Shown here: positions 24,858 to 38,007 of the stretch, piece after piece
Layout: each line of letters starts with the position of its first letter
Position numbering within the stretch: the first letter of the stretch is position 1
Source: Tubiluchus corallicola
Lineage: Eukaryota; Animalia; Priapulida
Direction of reading: 5' to 3'
NCBI GenBank assembly: GCA_030141605.1
Contig: JAQGDQ010000522.1
Span: forward strand, 62,001-126,000
Length of the DNA stretch: 64,000 nt
Notes under the pieces: model-generated
The model's input: the letters and a program-made list of their open reading frames with translations, nothing else
Told to the model about the DNA's origin: nothing
The model's database searches: none
Program-made: the position numbers and the translations under genes

Positions 24858-25491
24858 CTGAACAGAGAGAAACGTTTGAAGTTGTTTAATCACACAAAAT
24901 AGCATCCGGACAAGGACAACAAACTGTGAAATCTTAAATATGCATATAATTAGTAAAGTAAGGTATAAACTGGAAGGCCAACTTAATGCTGGTGGCTGTG
25001 GTGGGACTCTCACCTAGCTCAATCTTTACGGTAAGCCACTGGACTGGCCAAGGTGTCTTAGCCGCAAATATGCATCCTCCCTCAACCAAGTAAATAGACT
25101 AGAGGGAATGGATGGATAAGCCAGTGCTTTCAGCAGCATCTACCCGTTCACCAAACGGACATGGGAATGCTTAACTTCAGTGTCTAAGAATACACTATTA
25201 CTGTGCAGCCTTTCAAAATCAGGGACAAGTGTTAATTTGACAAACATCAGAATTATGACATTCAAGCCGTTTAGTTTTTTTGCTAAGACAAATGGCTTCA
25301 GTCCCGACGATTTCTTTCTCAAAAGAGTTTGTAAAAAATAAAGTGAGCTTTATGTGAGGGTCACAAAATGCAGAGCGAATTTTATTTACCGGAATTGCCT
25401 TATTATTTCAATTTTCTTAAAAGAAATCTTGAAACAATGGCTAAAGTACTTTTCCAATATAAACATTACGAACAGACACCAGTGTAACTAA

Positions 25492-26057
25492 TGGGAATGC
25501 ACCGGATCCACTTTTGCCGTTTCTGGATCGGAACCCGATCCGTATGTGCTGGATCCAGTTCCGGATCGAGTTCCTACAAATTAGTGCAAACGATATTTGA
25601 TTTGTTTAACCTTTGTTCACGTTGTTGCATCGCTTATCAATTTTCAAGGTTACTGAGCAATTTTAAGCGGAAGCACTGCAAACGTTGATGTCCACTTGGT
25701 TCAAGCCAAAAAAAACGACTCTAAACTTTTAGCAGACATTTTTGCAGCAATAGTGCTATCTTTTTCGCTACTTGCTTCAATGAGCCACAGTGTGAAGATT
25801 GCTGGTATTGCTTGCGCGACAAGCATGGCGGCATAAAAACTTTTGTAAATTCCTGAAGATTTTAATAGAAATCCTTTAAATTAAGATTATTTAGGTTATT
25901 AAACTGTTACTCATATTTTTTCTTACGAGCTCTAATTTTTTTCACAGTCGGAAAACAGAAATACAAACAGTGCAAAATCCCACACAAGTTTCTGCCAGAT
26001 CAGGATCAGATCCACTAAAATAACCGGATCTCGGGATCCGGATCCGGTCCATCCCTA
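25492..26057. mobile_element. hAT (TAGGGATG-type) MITE, decayed
   Basis: tgggaatgcaccggatc ... gatccggtccatcccta; subterminal ggatc(c) repeats; TSD gtaactaa/atcactaa (6/8). Confidence 0.65.
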
Positions 26058-26103
26058 ATCACTAACAACAATTTGAACTAAAACGAAAGAGTTATAGTCT
26101 CAC

Positions 26104-26247
26104 CTTGACACCTGACCGTAGATGTAGATGTAGCGTCACCTGCGCGATTCTTCGCTCTACAGGTGTAAACGCCTTCATCTTCCGGATAAGCCGGACTGAT
26201 ATCCAGGGCAACGTAGCCGAAATCGTGCATCGTGTTGATTCGATTAC
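26104..26247 (-). CDS. sls: E20: Ig C-half (144-nt class; NRINTMHDFGYVALDISP)
   Basis: tttaag|GT, G|gtgaga; phase 1-1. Confidence 0.9.
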
Positions 26248-26494
26248 CTTAAAATCAAAACAGTTGTAAACAACAACTAAAATAATTTCTGATTTCACAA
26301 AACCTCTAGAACAGCAAGTTTTTGATTTAATATTTAAAGTTATAAAAACTCCAAAATTATAAAGTTCATCTACTTCTAATGAGTCAAAAAACATTTTAGG
26401 TAGAAAATGTGACAGAATACCTAGTAGGTAGTTTGAAATAATCGGATTAAACTATCTGAATCCACAATTAATAGTCACAAAAACACAGCTAGGT

Positions 26495-29240
26495 AACACA
26501 CCACAAACAGTTGTTACACAAACTGTTTGTGTATAAAAGCGGTGGCTGTTCCCAATCATAGTGAGAAGAATTGGAAGATATGACTATTTATGAGTAATCA
26601 AACAGTTACAGTATGACAAAGTAACAACAATGGACACTGCTAATAACACACCGCAAGCAGTTTATGTATAAATGCTGACAATGACCACGGGCACAAACAC
26701 TTATTACACTAACTATTTTATGCACAAATATGCTGACTATAACATGCCACAAACCCCTGTTACACCAACTATTTTATGCATAAATATGCTGACTGAAACC
26801 CTTGTTACACCAACTATTTTATGCATAAATATGCTGACTATAACACGCTACAAACAGTTGTTACACCAACTGTTTTATGCATAAATATGCTGACCATAAC
26901 ACGCCACAAACAGTTGTTACACCAACTATTTTATGCTATATGCTGACTATAACACGCCACAAACAGTTGTTACACCAACTATTTTATGCATAAATATGCT
27001 GACTATAACACGCCACAAACCCTTGTTACACCAACTATTTTATGCATAAATATGCTGACTATAACACACCACAAACAGTTGTTACACCAACTGTTTTATG
27101 CATAAATATGCTGACTATAACACACCACAAACAGTTGTTACACAAACTGTTTGTGTATAAAAGCGGTGGCTGTTCCCAATCATAGTGAGAAGAATTGGAA
27201 GATATGACTATTTATGAGTAATCAAACAGTTACAGTATGACAAAGTAACAACAATGGACACTGCTAATAACACACCGCAAGCAGTTTATGTATAAATGCT
27301 GACAATGACCACGGGCACAAACACTTATTACACTAACTATTTTATGCACAAATATGCTGACTATAACACGCCACAAACCCCTGTTACACCAACTATTTTA
27401 TGCATAAATATGCTGACTGAAACCCTTGTTACACCAACTATTTTATGCATAAATATGCTGACTATAACACGCTACAAACAGTTGTTACACCAACTATTTT
27501 ATGCATAAATATGCTGACTATAACACGCTACAAACAGTTGTTACACCAACTATTTTATGCATAAATATGCTGACTATAACACGCTACAAACAGTTGTTAC
27601 ACCAACTGTTTTATGCATAAATATGCTGACTATAACACGCCACAAACAGTTGTTACACCAACTATTTTATGCATAAATATGCTGACTATAACACGCCACA
27701 AACAGTTGTTACACCAACTATTTTATGCATAAATATGCTGACTATAACACGCCACAAACCCTTGTTACACCAACTATTTTATGCATAAATATGCTGACTA
27801 TAACACACCACAAACAGTTGTTACACCAACTGTTTTATGCATAAATATGCTGACTATAACACGCCACAAACAGTTGTTACACAAACTGTTTGTGTATAAA
27901 AGCAGTGGCTGTTCCCAATCATAGTGAGAAGAATTGGAAGATATTACTATTTCTGAGTAATCAAACAGTTACAGTATTACAAAGTTACAACAATGGACAC
28001 TGCTAATAACACACCACAAGCAGTTTATGTATAAATGCTGACAATGACGACGGGCACAAACACTTATTACACTAACTATTTTATGCACAAATATGCTGAC
28101 TATAACACGCCACAAACAGTAGCCACAAACAGTTGTTACACCAACTGTTTTATGCATAAATATACTGACTATAACACACCACAAACAGTTGTTTCACCAA
28201 CTATTTTATGCATAAATATGCTGATTATAACACGCCACAAACCCTTGTTACACCAACTATTTTATGCATAAATATACTGACTATAACACACCACAAACAG
28301 TTGTTACACCAACTGTTTTATGCATAAATATGCTGACTATAACACGCCACAAACAGTTGTTACACAAACTGTTTGTGTATAAAAGCAGTGGCTGTTCCCA
28401 ATCATAGTGAGAAGAATTGGAAGATATTACTATTTCTGAGTAATCAAACAGTTACAGTATTACAAAGTTACAACAATGGACACTGCTAATAACACACCAC
28501 AAGCAGTTTATGTATAAATGCTGACAATGACGACGGGTACAAACACTTATTACACTAACTATTTTATGCACAAATATGCTGACTATAACACGCCACAAAC
28601 AGTTGTTACACCAACTGTTTTATGCATAAATATACTGACTATAACACACCACAAACAGTTGTTACACAAACTGTTTATGTATAAAAGCAGTGGCTGTTCC
28701 CAATCAAAGTGAGCAGAATTGGAAGATATTACTATTTCTGAGTAATCAAACAGTTACAGTATTACAAAGTTACAACAATGGACACTGCTAATAACACACC
28801 GCAAGCAGTTCATGTATAAATGCTGACAATGACCACGCCACAAACATTTTTTACACCAACTATTTTATGCATAAATATGCTGACTATAACACGCCACAAA
28901 CAGTTATTACACCAACTGTTTTATGCATAAATATGCTAACTATAACACACCACAAACAGTTGTTACACAAACTGTTTATGCATAAAAGCAGTGCCTGTTC
29001 CCAATCAAAGTGAGCAGAATTGGAAGATATTACTATTTCTGAGTAATCAAACAGGTACAGTATTACAAAGTAACAACAATGGACACTGCTAATAACACAC
29101 CACAAACACGTTAAAATGTATAAATGCTGACAATGACGACGCCACAAACACTGATTACACCAACTATTTTATGCATAAATACGCTGACTATAACACGTCA
29201 CAAACAGTTATTACACTAACTGTTTATGCATAAATGCGGT
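26495..29240. repeat. Higher-order satellite: 56-bp monomers punctuated six times by a longer spacer block
   Basis: Monomer ataacacgccacaaacagttgttacaccaactattttatgcataaatatgctgact; spacer block ...ctgttcccaatca...gaattggaagatat...ggacactgcta. Confidence 0.95.
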
Positions 29241-30265
29241 GACCATTGCTGGAAAAAATGAGAAGACTTGTTTGGAATGTTCATTTCTGCAGTATCGGAA
29301 TTTGGAATTTTCACTTTTCTTTGGGTTTTATAACTCATCAGAATTGACGAGTTGCTGATAAATCTTTTCCAAAACTATGAGAGACTGTAAAAGCAAACAC
29401 AAAAATTGCACTTTTCACCATTTCGCTTTTTAATCGCTATTCGAATATCCGCGTCGGTCAAAAAATTTGTTTTCAGAAACTGAAAATCGGAGAAAATTGT
29501 TAGATGTGATCCAACGGCTTGGTAAATGGTGATGTCTTACGAGAAACAGAGGTCGTCTCTGAAGTAAATAAATTGTTGCCTTATTTACAAATCTCTGCAT
29601 TCTTTTCTCAGCTTTTAACATCTATGTTTACAGTCTTGCAACAAATGAACTTGTACATTTTTTCCTGCACGGGAACCATACCCTAGATAATTCTGTGCAC
29701 ACTCAAATTTTTGTTTTACTGCAGTCTTTTATTTCACATTCTAAACCCTTTAAATAGTATTAACTTTGTTGCTCTTGTTAAATAGTAATGTTCATATTCA
29801 TTGCAACATTTCTTGTACATTGTGGTCGCCATTGTTCTGCATCTGTCTAGCGTTTCGCTCCCACTAGGGGAGAACATATATCAGTTGTGAAACTGTCTGT
29901 TTCAAACTTAGCCACATGTTACATTTTCAAGAAATTATGTTTAAGCCAAAGTATGAATGTTTTCAAATGATTCACTTTGTTTATGCAGCCAAACATTATT
30001 AAACTTTTTAACTAAAATTGAAATTGTTGATGGTAACATGTGTTAGCACCGAACGCAAACTCAGGCAACTACAAGTATACAGAAGAAATACTGAATTTTT
30101 TAAATACAAATTAAATTGGTGATTGTAATATCCATTAGCATGAATGAATTGAATGACAGTATTGAATGAATTTAGCATATACACGTAACTTTGTAAGAAA
30201 AACTGTAGCATGAAACCCGAGAACTAAAAGCGACTCGTTTTGCAATTACTAAAAGCTAAACTTAC

Positions 30266-30535
30266 CATGAATCAAAGGTTCGCCATTCCTAAACCATTCA
30301 ATCTCCAAGTTCGGATCCCCGATCGGCACGACCCGTCCCTCGAGATGCAACCGTCCGCCCTCCACCAGTCCCACGTTGGACTCTAGCGGGGTGGTGAAGG
30401 CGGGACGTGGCCACACCCTCTCCACTTCGCCCCACTCGGGTTTCCTCGCCTTCTGCTCCTGCCAGGCCTCCAGTTGATCGATTTGATCTGTCTGGCCTTC
30501 GGGTAGCTGCGTCTCGTAAATAAGGCTTTGCAGAG
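30266..30535 (-). CDS. sls: E19: linker plus Ig N-half
   Basis: ttacag|CT, G|gtaagt; 270 nt, phase 1-1. Confidence 0.9.
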
Positions 30536-30659
30536 CTGTAAACAATAAAAAAAATCAATATTTTTGCAAAAAGAGTGTGGCGTATAATATTGGCGAGCAA
30601 AAATACCACAGTGAACTACTGTATCAATTTTATAACATTTTATAGAAATTATTTTATAA

Positions 30660-31425
30660 CTAGCAAAGGCCCTGCAAAAAGTTTTGAGTATAAATTCACG
30701 TATAATCAAAAATACGCGAACATCCTACATAGTCCTCATTTATAACGCAAAGCCAGTAGCAGCTTTTACTGAAATAAAGTTATAAGGTTATAGGCAGAGT
30801 ATAATGGATGATATCAGAGCAAGGGCTTTGCGTCAGCAGTTTTCCAAGCAAAAATTGCCAAAAATGGAACATCTAATTAACTCACTGCCACTCCTCTTGG
30901 TGGACATGTCCTAAAATATAGCCCACACAATCATGTAGCCCTGTTCTTCCTCTTTCTAAAGAGCAATACATTTCCTTTCAAGTGTCCCAACAGGCGCCGC
31001 TAGAACGTTTTTTCTGCAGGCTGTTTGAACAAAATTTCGAAAAAAATTGGGAGTTGGGTCCGGGAAAATGCCCGTAGCGTGCATTAGTGGCCCTTCCGTG
31101 AAATCTAAATTTGACTATTACACCCACCATTGAATGAGCTATTCAATCATTACCAGCACCACCCACGGCCCATTCCGTATCTCAAGAAATAAGAGGTAAA
31201 AGTTTTGCAAATTTTTGGAAAAAACGGTCAAAAAGGACAATTTTGGACGTTTTCGCCCCGTTCCTCACGGTGGGCCCAGTTAGAAAAATAAACCCCCGGT
31301 GCGAACTCTTGGGTGGAGACCTTTCATTTGACGTATAGATAGTAAAAAATGGTGCCGTCATTGCAGCTGTAGCCTCATCGATTATATATAAATATATATA
31401 TAGCAGTGAAATTAAAATATAAGAT
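30660..31425 (-). mobile_element. Helitron-like non-autonomous repeat (copies at ~56282-56820 and ~56882-57850)
   Basis: Begins a|ctag (CTAG-T 3' end on the minus strand), no TIR or TSD, other end in (TA)n; clear similarity among three copies. Confidence 0.6.
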
Positions 31426-31657
31426 AAATCATTTATACGTAGCTGACTGATATTCAAAATTGCTCTTAAAGATATATTTGTAACTGTCTTGGGCCATGTT
31501 CCGTACAACACTCAAAAACTCAAGAAAACTAAACAACCGATCAAAATTTCTTGAAGTGAACGTTCTACCGGCCTTCAAAGAAAGAAACTGAACTTGTTCA
31601 AATTCAATACGCAGGTTCTGCAAATAAAAAACTAGCAAAAAATGCGTCAAGACTCAC

Positions 31658-31801
31658 GATGCACGCGCAGCGAAGCCGTCGTGAAAGCTTCGCCGGCTTT
31701 GTTGTAAGCCCTGCACATGTAGACGCCCGAATCATCTTCCGTGCAGCCAAGAATGTCCAGTGCCACGAAGCCAAAGTCGTAGTACGGAGTGATACGATTG
31801 G
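31658..31801 (-). CDS. sls: E18: Ig C-half (144-nt class)
   Basis: ttcag|CC, C|gtgagt; phase 1-1. Confidence 0.9.
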
Positions 31802-32789
31802 CTGAAATGTAAAAAGTCAATAAATGCACATTAAAAAGAATTGACTTTCGAAAAAAGTTATGAGAAATAAAGACTGTTAAAGCTCAAGAAAACCCTCCAC
31901 TTACATAAACCTTAAAAAATCATCTTGAAAGTTTATACCACTTACATACTACCTTTTTGCATGCAGGGCTTGCAACGGCAGTAACGCTGTATAAAACGTG
32001 TAAATTTAAACTCCCGCGATGACCGTTAGGCGCAGCCATTTTAATGGTAGGTCATTTGAAACAAGGTTAGATAACATTTTGCAAATTTTGAAAAATAATC
32101 AGAGCATTCGTAGCGCACATGTAACTAACCAAGTAAAATTAAAATTACTGCATCCTGTCAATAAGATTAAATATACATTTTTGGTTAGTAAGAGGTGCAC
32201 CTCGAGGGTGAGTCAGCGACATTTTACCAATTGGCACGAACATTTTAAATTATTATTTCTAGTTACATCCGGCAAGCAAGCGAAAAGCTAAGTAACATTG
32301 ATTTGCACGGAAAGTACTTTGAGACATTTCTTTTTCTTCCCCTGCTTTACGTTTGCGCGGTGACGTCAAGTAATGGCGACTTCGGAGATTTAAAATGAAA
32401 ACAAGCAAAGATTCATTGCAACGCAAGTACAATATATGCATAAAAAAGCTGTAAAGTAATATAATTTTTAAGGCAATTTTTCTGAAACATACTTTACGTA
32501 CCCCTTTTCTTGTCGTTTAACATATACTAAGTTAAGAAAATTGCTAGGGTCAGTTCACATCTAAACTGACTGACCAAATAAATTTCTTTTGAGCAAACCT
32601 CATAAAGTTCTTAATTCTTAATAAATGCCAAACGAATCTTCCAATCAATAAGACAATGAAAGAATTTTTCTTCTGTCTAGTGGCAAATACATACTGAGTT
32701 AAGAAACTTCTTAGGGTCAGTTCACACCTCATAATAACTGATTGCACAAAACACTGTCGGAAACATGACTTAACAATGTAATAACTTAC

Positions 32790-32904
32790 CGGCTTCCAAC
32801 GGTTTTCCGTTGAAATACCACTCAACCTTCAAATCTGGATCATTAGTCGGCGTTAACTTGGCTTCAAAGTGAGCCGTTTGTCTCTCCACCAGATTAGCTA
32901 CGTC
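32790..32904 (-). CDS. sls: E17: Ig N-half (DVANLVERQTAHFEAKLTPTNDPDLKVEWYFNG)
   Basis: tttag|GAC, G|gtaagt; 115 nt, phase 0-1. Confidence 0.9.
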
Positions 32905-33724
32905 CTAAACACAAAAAAACGTATCATTCTTTTATTTATCCTATAGAACAACACATGACCTCGCTAACTGTTGGATCAGTACTCCTTACTGACAGTTGCA
33001 TAGTAACACCGTCTGCTAGTGTTAATTTTGCTCGTACTAACACATCGTGGCTATGCGCACCGTTCTATTTGTCGGCCACTCGCACCTGACAAAAAGGCGC
33101 TGCTGCCAATCTTAGTAGATTCACTAAGCCGCGCATAACTTTGAAAGTTTAACGAAATTTGAGTATCCGAGGTAATTATTATTTAATCTAAGCTTTGATT
33201 TAAAAAAAGCTATTGTAGTTTTCAATATTTTAGAGCATTCTTTATTCTGAACTCGTGCTTACACAATCATCCGGTTTTCCTTTAACCAAAATATGTACTT
33301 GTAATAATAAAAAATGTATAATAATTGTACTGCTTATATTACAAGAGCATTTCTAGAACAGAATAACGCAATATGCACTGTTTTAATACATCAAATTAGG
33401 TAAGAAAATTGTTGATGAAAAAATTGGCTTCAAGCGAAGTGAAAAAAACGTCGTTAAAACGAAACAGTGCGTCATTATATGAAAAATAGACGTCAAATGT
33501 TCAGCGTCGTTAAAAAGAAACGTTGCTAAATGGGAAACCGTCAAACGAGGACTTACTATACTGCAAATAGGCAATTAATTTAAGAATGGTTGTATCAAAG
33601 CAGTTCTAAGAAAACGGATCAACACATTCAAAGCCAAAAAGAACGTCTGTGCGATTAGTGAGCAATGATGATTTACTAAATTACTGGTTGGAAAAGTAAA
33701 GGGTTAAACTCTGGCAACACAAAC

Positions 33725-33885
33725 CTTAATGTGAGTCGTAAAAACGGGTGGCGGGTATCGCAGATCCGCCTCTTCGGGTCGCCTCTTTTGAGCGCGCTGT
33801 TGACCGAGCTCTTCCAGATCTTGCAGCTTCTCCACTATCTTCTCTTCATCAGGGAGACCACTTGTATAGATGATGCCAGCTTTAT
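33725..33885 (-). CDS. sls: E16: kettin linker plus start of Ig
   Basis: ttacag|AT, AAG|gtttgt; 161 nt, phase 1-0; KAGIIYTSGLPDEEKIVEKLQDLEE...PPPVFTTHIK. Confidence 0.88.
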
Positions 33886-33938
33886 CTGTAATAAAACGTA
33901 CCCTGAGTAGAATATTGAGTAATAAAAAATCATGAATA

Positions 33939-34554
33939 CAGTGTTCCCTCGCTATTTCGCGGTTCGTTTATTGCGGAGTCGCTGTTTCGCGGGTTTTCAA
34001 AAATATTAATCTAAAATATTTATCGCGGTATTTTCGTTGCTTCGCGGGTTTGTGCGGTACTCTGTCTAAAGTATTTTTTGCACAAGCGTAGCACGTATTG
34101 TACAGATTTGATGAATTTTGCATAAAAAAATTACAAAATGTATAAAAATATATTAAAAATATCAATTCTAACATTAAAAGAATATTATAAGTCAAAAAAA
34201 TTACAATTTACAGTGAACAGTGTATTTATTCGGCAGATGCATACACACCAAAAACGAAATGTGGTACTTGCGCCCGCTTGACATGCTACTTGCCGACGTG
34301 AGAGTGTACACAACACACGATTGGTTGATTGTGAACATTTTTCTGAACATTTAAGTAAAGTTTTTTAAAAGGTACATGTACAGTATGGGAAAAGTTATTA
34401 GGGGAATTGGAAAGGGTTATGTATAAGAGTGTGGGAAGGGTTTATAAAGACTTAAAATAATGTATAACTACTAGAATAAGTATAGCGTCCCTACTTCGCG
34501 GAAATTCACTTATCGCGGGTGTTCCGTTCCAGGCTTACAAGTGAGGGAACACTG
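33939..34554 (+). mobile_element. Tc1/mariner (Tigger-like) MITE, 616 bp
   Basis: TA|cagtgttccctc ... gagggaacactg|TA. Confidence 0.9.
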
Positions 34555-34941
34555 TAATGACCAAGCAATGTAAGAAAATCTTAACAATTATTAAGTAAAC
34601 TAGAAAATTAAAGAAGTTTAAATGAAGATTTTAAAAGTTAGCTACGCAAGTGACTAAATACGGGATTGTTGTTTCAAGATGAGAACTTCTTAAGCAGGGG
34701 GAGCATCGAGCACTTGAATTCGATTAAAACCGGTTTTTTAATTGCAATTTAATTCAAATCTAAAAGCATGGATTCGAATAACTGAGCACTACATATGTTC
34801 TTTATCATTATAATGTTTGAAGTCATGCAATCACCACAATTTAGCTGAGATTTCTTGGCACAATTTCTAAACAAATTATTAGTGTTTTTACTACAGAATA
34901 AAACCAAGTAATTTACACAAAAGAAACAGCATCTAGGAATC

Positions 34942-35083
34942 AACACGTTTATTGACCGACGATCATTTCGGCTATTGAAGCCATTAGCAAATTATCGATC
35001 GACCAAAATTCTTGTTCTTGGCTTGATTTATAGTTTGATAAAGGCTTCAACAGCCGAAACGACCGTCGCTTAATAAACATGTT
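34942..35083. mobile_element. Inverted pair of Penelope-type termini with hammerhead-like motif
   Basis: ~53-bp imperfect inverted repeat; + arm TTGATAA-A-GGC-ttcaaca-GCC-GAAA-CGACCG-TC. Confidence 0.55.
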
Positions 35084-35204
35084 AAAATCGAGTAAATCAG
35101 ATTGCTTTTTTGTTAATCATTCAAAAATTTATTGGAAAATCTTTGAAATTGAATTCGAGATGCTGCTTTCTTGGAGCGCTTTATCCAGTTTTATCAGTTC
35201 AGTT

Positions 35205-35831
35205 CAGCTGTAATTTATTTACCTCTTTATAATACTACAATAAGACATGATTAATAAAAAAATCGCTAATAAGTTTTGAAGAATGGTTAAAAAGAATAGA
35301 ATGATCTAGAACTAGAGAAAGGATAGTGAAAAGACAATTCAATTCAATTTTAATTTATTTATCTCTTTATAATACTACAATAAAACATGATTAATAAAAA
35401 AATCACTAATAAGTTTTGAAGAATGGTTAAATTGAATAGATAGATCTAGAACTAGAGAAAGGATAGTGAAAAGACAATTCAATTCAATTTTAATTTATTT
35501 ATCTCTTTATACTACTACAATAAAACATGATGAATAAAAGAATCACTAATAAGTTTTGAAGAATGGTTAAAAAGAATGGTTAGATCTAGAACTAGAGAAA
35601 GGAAATGTCAAAGGAACAGGTCAAACAGAATGTCAAAGGAACAGGTCAAACAGAATGTCAAAGGAACAGGTCAAACAGAATGTCAAAGGAACAGGTCAAA
35701 CAGAATGTCAAAGGAACAGGTCAAACAGAATGTCAAAGGAACAGGTCAAACAGAATGTCAAAGGAACAGGTCAAACAGAATGTCAAAGGAACAGGTCAAA
35801 CAGAATGTCAAAGGAACAGGTCAAACAGAAT
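35205..35831. repeat. 140-bp unit x3 followed by 25-bp unit x~9
   Basis: ctctttata...actacaataa every 140 bp; aatgtcaaaggaacaggtcaaacag perfect repeats. Confidence 0.95.
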
Positions 35832-35846
35832 CTCTTCAAAACATAC

Positions 35847-35990
35847 CTTGCACGTGCAACACCGCCCTAGTGAGATCTTCGCCCACATCGTTCACGGCAC
35901 GGCAGACGTATTCTCCGGAATCTTCCGGATACACGTACAGAATGTCCAGCACCACGTAGCCGAAGTCGTGCATCGGTCGGAAGCGATGAC
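35847..35990 (-). CDS. sls: E15: Ig C-half (144-nt class)
   Basis: tttag|GT, G|gtatgt; phase 1-1. Confidence 0.9.
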
Positions 35991-36269
35991 CTAAACGCAG
36001 GAAGAATACACATTGGAAATGTGTTAAAATACAGGCCTTACATTCTACAAATACGGTACACTGCTGATAGACCAGATGTCTATGTCTATGTAGTTTGTTA
36101 TTTACAGTCGGCAATAAGAGCCTCATGGCATGCTCGTGTTTTCCGTTGAATTGAAAAGCGACTTTTAAATAAATGTTACTATTATAATAGATATGAACAC
36201 ACCTTTAGATTTGTACTTTGTATTATACAGAGTCTGCTCACTTTTTAACCAAAAACTAAAGTTTAGTCA

Positions 36270-36790
36270 GCAAGACTAACAAAACATTTCATTAGTCATA
36301 GCGGACCTAAACTTTGGAACTCACTACCACCCAATGTAAAGTGCCAGTGTAAAATTTACCACTCTAAAACGTCAGTTAAACGATATCTGTTTGCTTCTTA
36401 TTTAAACTAGTCTTGATAACCACCTACTGTTCCTGTGTGACACAACAGTCACAACTTTGTGTTCTTTTTGAGTAGAATCCAGAGTGCTTCGTCATCTCTA
36501 CAAGCCACTCTTCCTAACCTTTTGAACATTCTTTTATCCATCACTTCTATCCTTACTTTGCACAACTCTTTTTTAAATTGCCTAAAACCTTCGGTTTTTT
36601 TGTTCTTTTTTCTCATTATTTGGACATGTTTATAATGGTGCAAGCACCTAACAAGTTTTACTTCTGGTTCTTGCCATTTATTATATGCACGCTGTCATAT
36701 AATCATTATTATTAATATCTATTTTTTCCCATTGTTTCCTGATATTGTATTTGTATTTACACTTCTAAATAAATTCATTATTATTATTAT
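36270..36790 (+). mobile_element. CR1/L2-group LINE 3' remnant (possibly with an internal insert)
   Basis: RLTKHFISHSGPKLWNSLPPNVK translation; aaataaa followed by (ATT)n tail. Confidence 0.65.
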
Positions 36791-37656
36791 AAATCCAAGA
36801 TATCAGCTAACTAAATTCTAGGCGAATGAATACTTCCGCACTTTAACCTACTTTCATGATACTGTGGCTAAGTAATTTAAAATGGCTAAAAAAATTGGAA
36901 AGGCGAGCTGCCCTGTGAAAGGTGAAAGACTAGTAGAGACTAATCCACTTGCTCCACAAAACAAACTCCATAACTTCGTGAAGAAGTTTAGTTATTATCA
37001 TTTTTCTAACTAGCAGTAGATGCTGGGGTCATGAATCACCAGTGTCATGCCAGGCTCCCAGCGAAATCTTTTGTAATTATACAGAATAAATGAATTTGAC
37101 TAATTACGCTGCTGTCCCTGTCGGAATCCATCGTATTGCTGGCTATGTCAATTTTTACATTTCTATAGTTCATGCTACTTCTTACAGATACTATCACATT
37201 TTTCTCTTTCTTTCCATTCTTTATTAACCTTTCTTTCTACTCCTTTACTGCTCTTTTCTACTAACACTCAGTCCACATTCATTACTTCATACAGATACTA
37301 TCACATCTTTCTGTTTCTTTCTATTCTCTATTAACCTTTCTTTTCTACTCCTTTACTGGTACTCTGGGGTACTCTGAACAAGTAATTACTTCTTGAGTAC
37401 CCCACTGGTCATTTACAGCTTGGCATCTTGTGTATTAGGCACTTTGCATTATTTAGAGGGGTGGGTAGCAAGATTTGGGCTAGGTACGACATCAATAATT
37501 ATAATCAACTGTGACAGTGACATAACAGCGCTTGCAGCAAACGTGGCTCAAGTAAGATGCTGCAAATATACTTAAACGCTACATAGAAATCTGTTGATTT
37601 TTCCTTTTAAGCGCACAATTAAAAATGGTAACCATGGTAACAAGAGTTAAACTAAC

Positions 37657-37914
37657 CGTGCTCGAGAGGCTTGCCATTGTGGTACCACTGTACATCCATG
37701 TGAGGGTCATTGTGAGGCTCCAATCTGGCTTCGAAGTGGACACCTTGACCCTCCTTGGTGTGCGGCAGATCTCGCAGCTGGGTGACGAAACGAGGCGGTT
37801 GCTTCGAACGCGCGTCCTCCTCCGGTCTTGGACGAGATGCGCGGGGCGTCTCCAGCAACTGGATTTGTTGCAGGCCCTCTGGGTGCACCGTGTCGGTGAT
37901 GATGGAACGTTTGG
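37657..37914 (-). CDS. sls: E14: kettin linker plus Ig N-half
   Basis: aacag|CC, G|gttagt; 258 nt, phase 1-1. Confidence 0.9.
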
Positions 37915-38007
37915 CTGTTAATAGATAAATTGATTTAATTAATTAATCAAATGATAAAATTTATTTAAAAATAATACGAGTCAAACAACATGACAATTAT
38001 GAAAGTA

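Noticed and set aside
26495-29240. Repeat-spacer pattern resembling a CRISPR array
   Set aside because: The spacer blocks are copies of each other; this is a higher-order satellite with no cas genes.
36449-36643. 64-aa basic minus-strand ORF as an extra exon
   Set aside because: E14 and E15 already join as halves of one Ig; the ORF lies within a LINE remnant.
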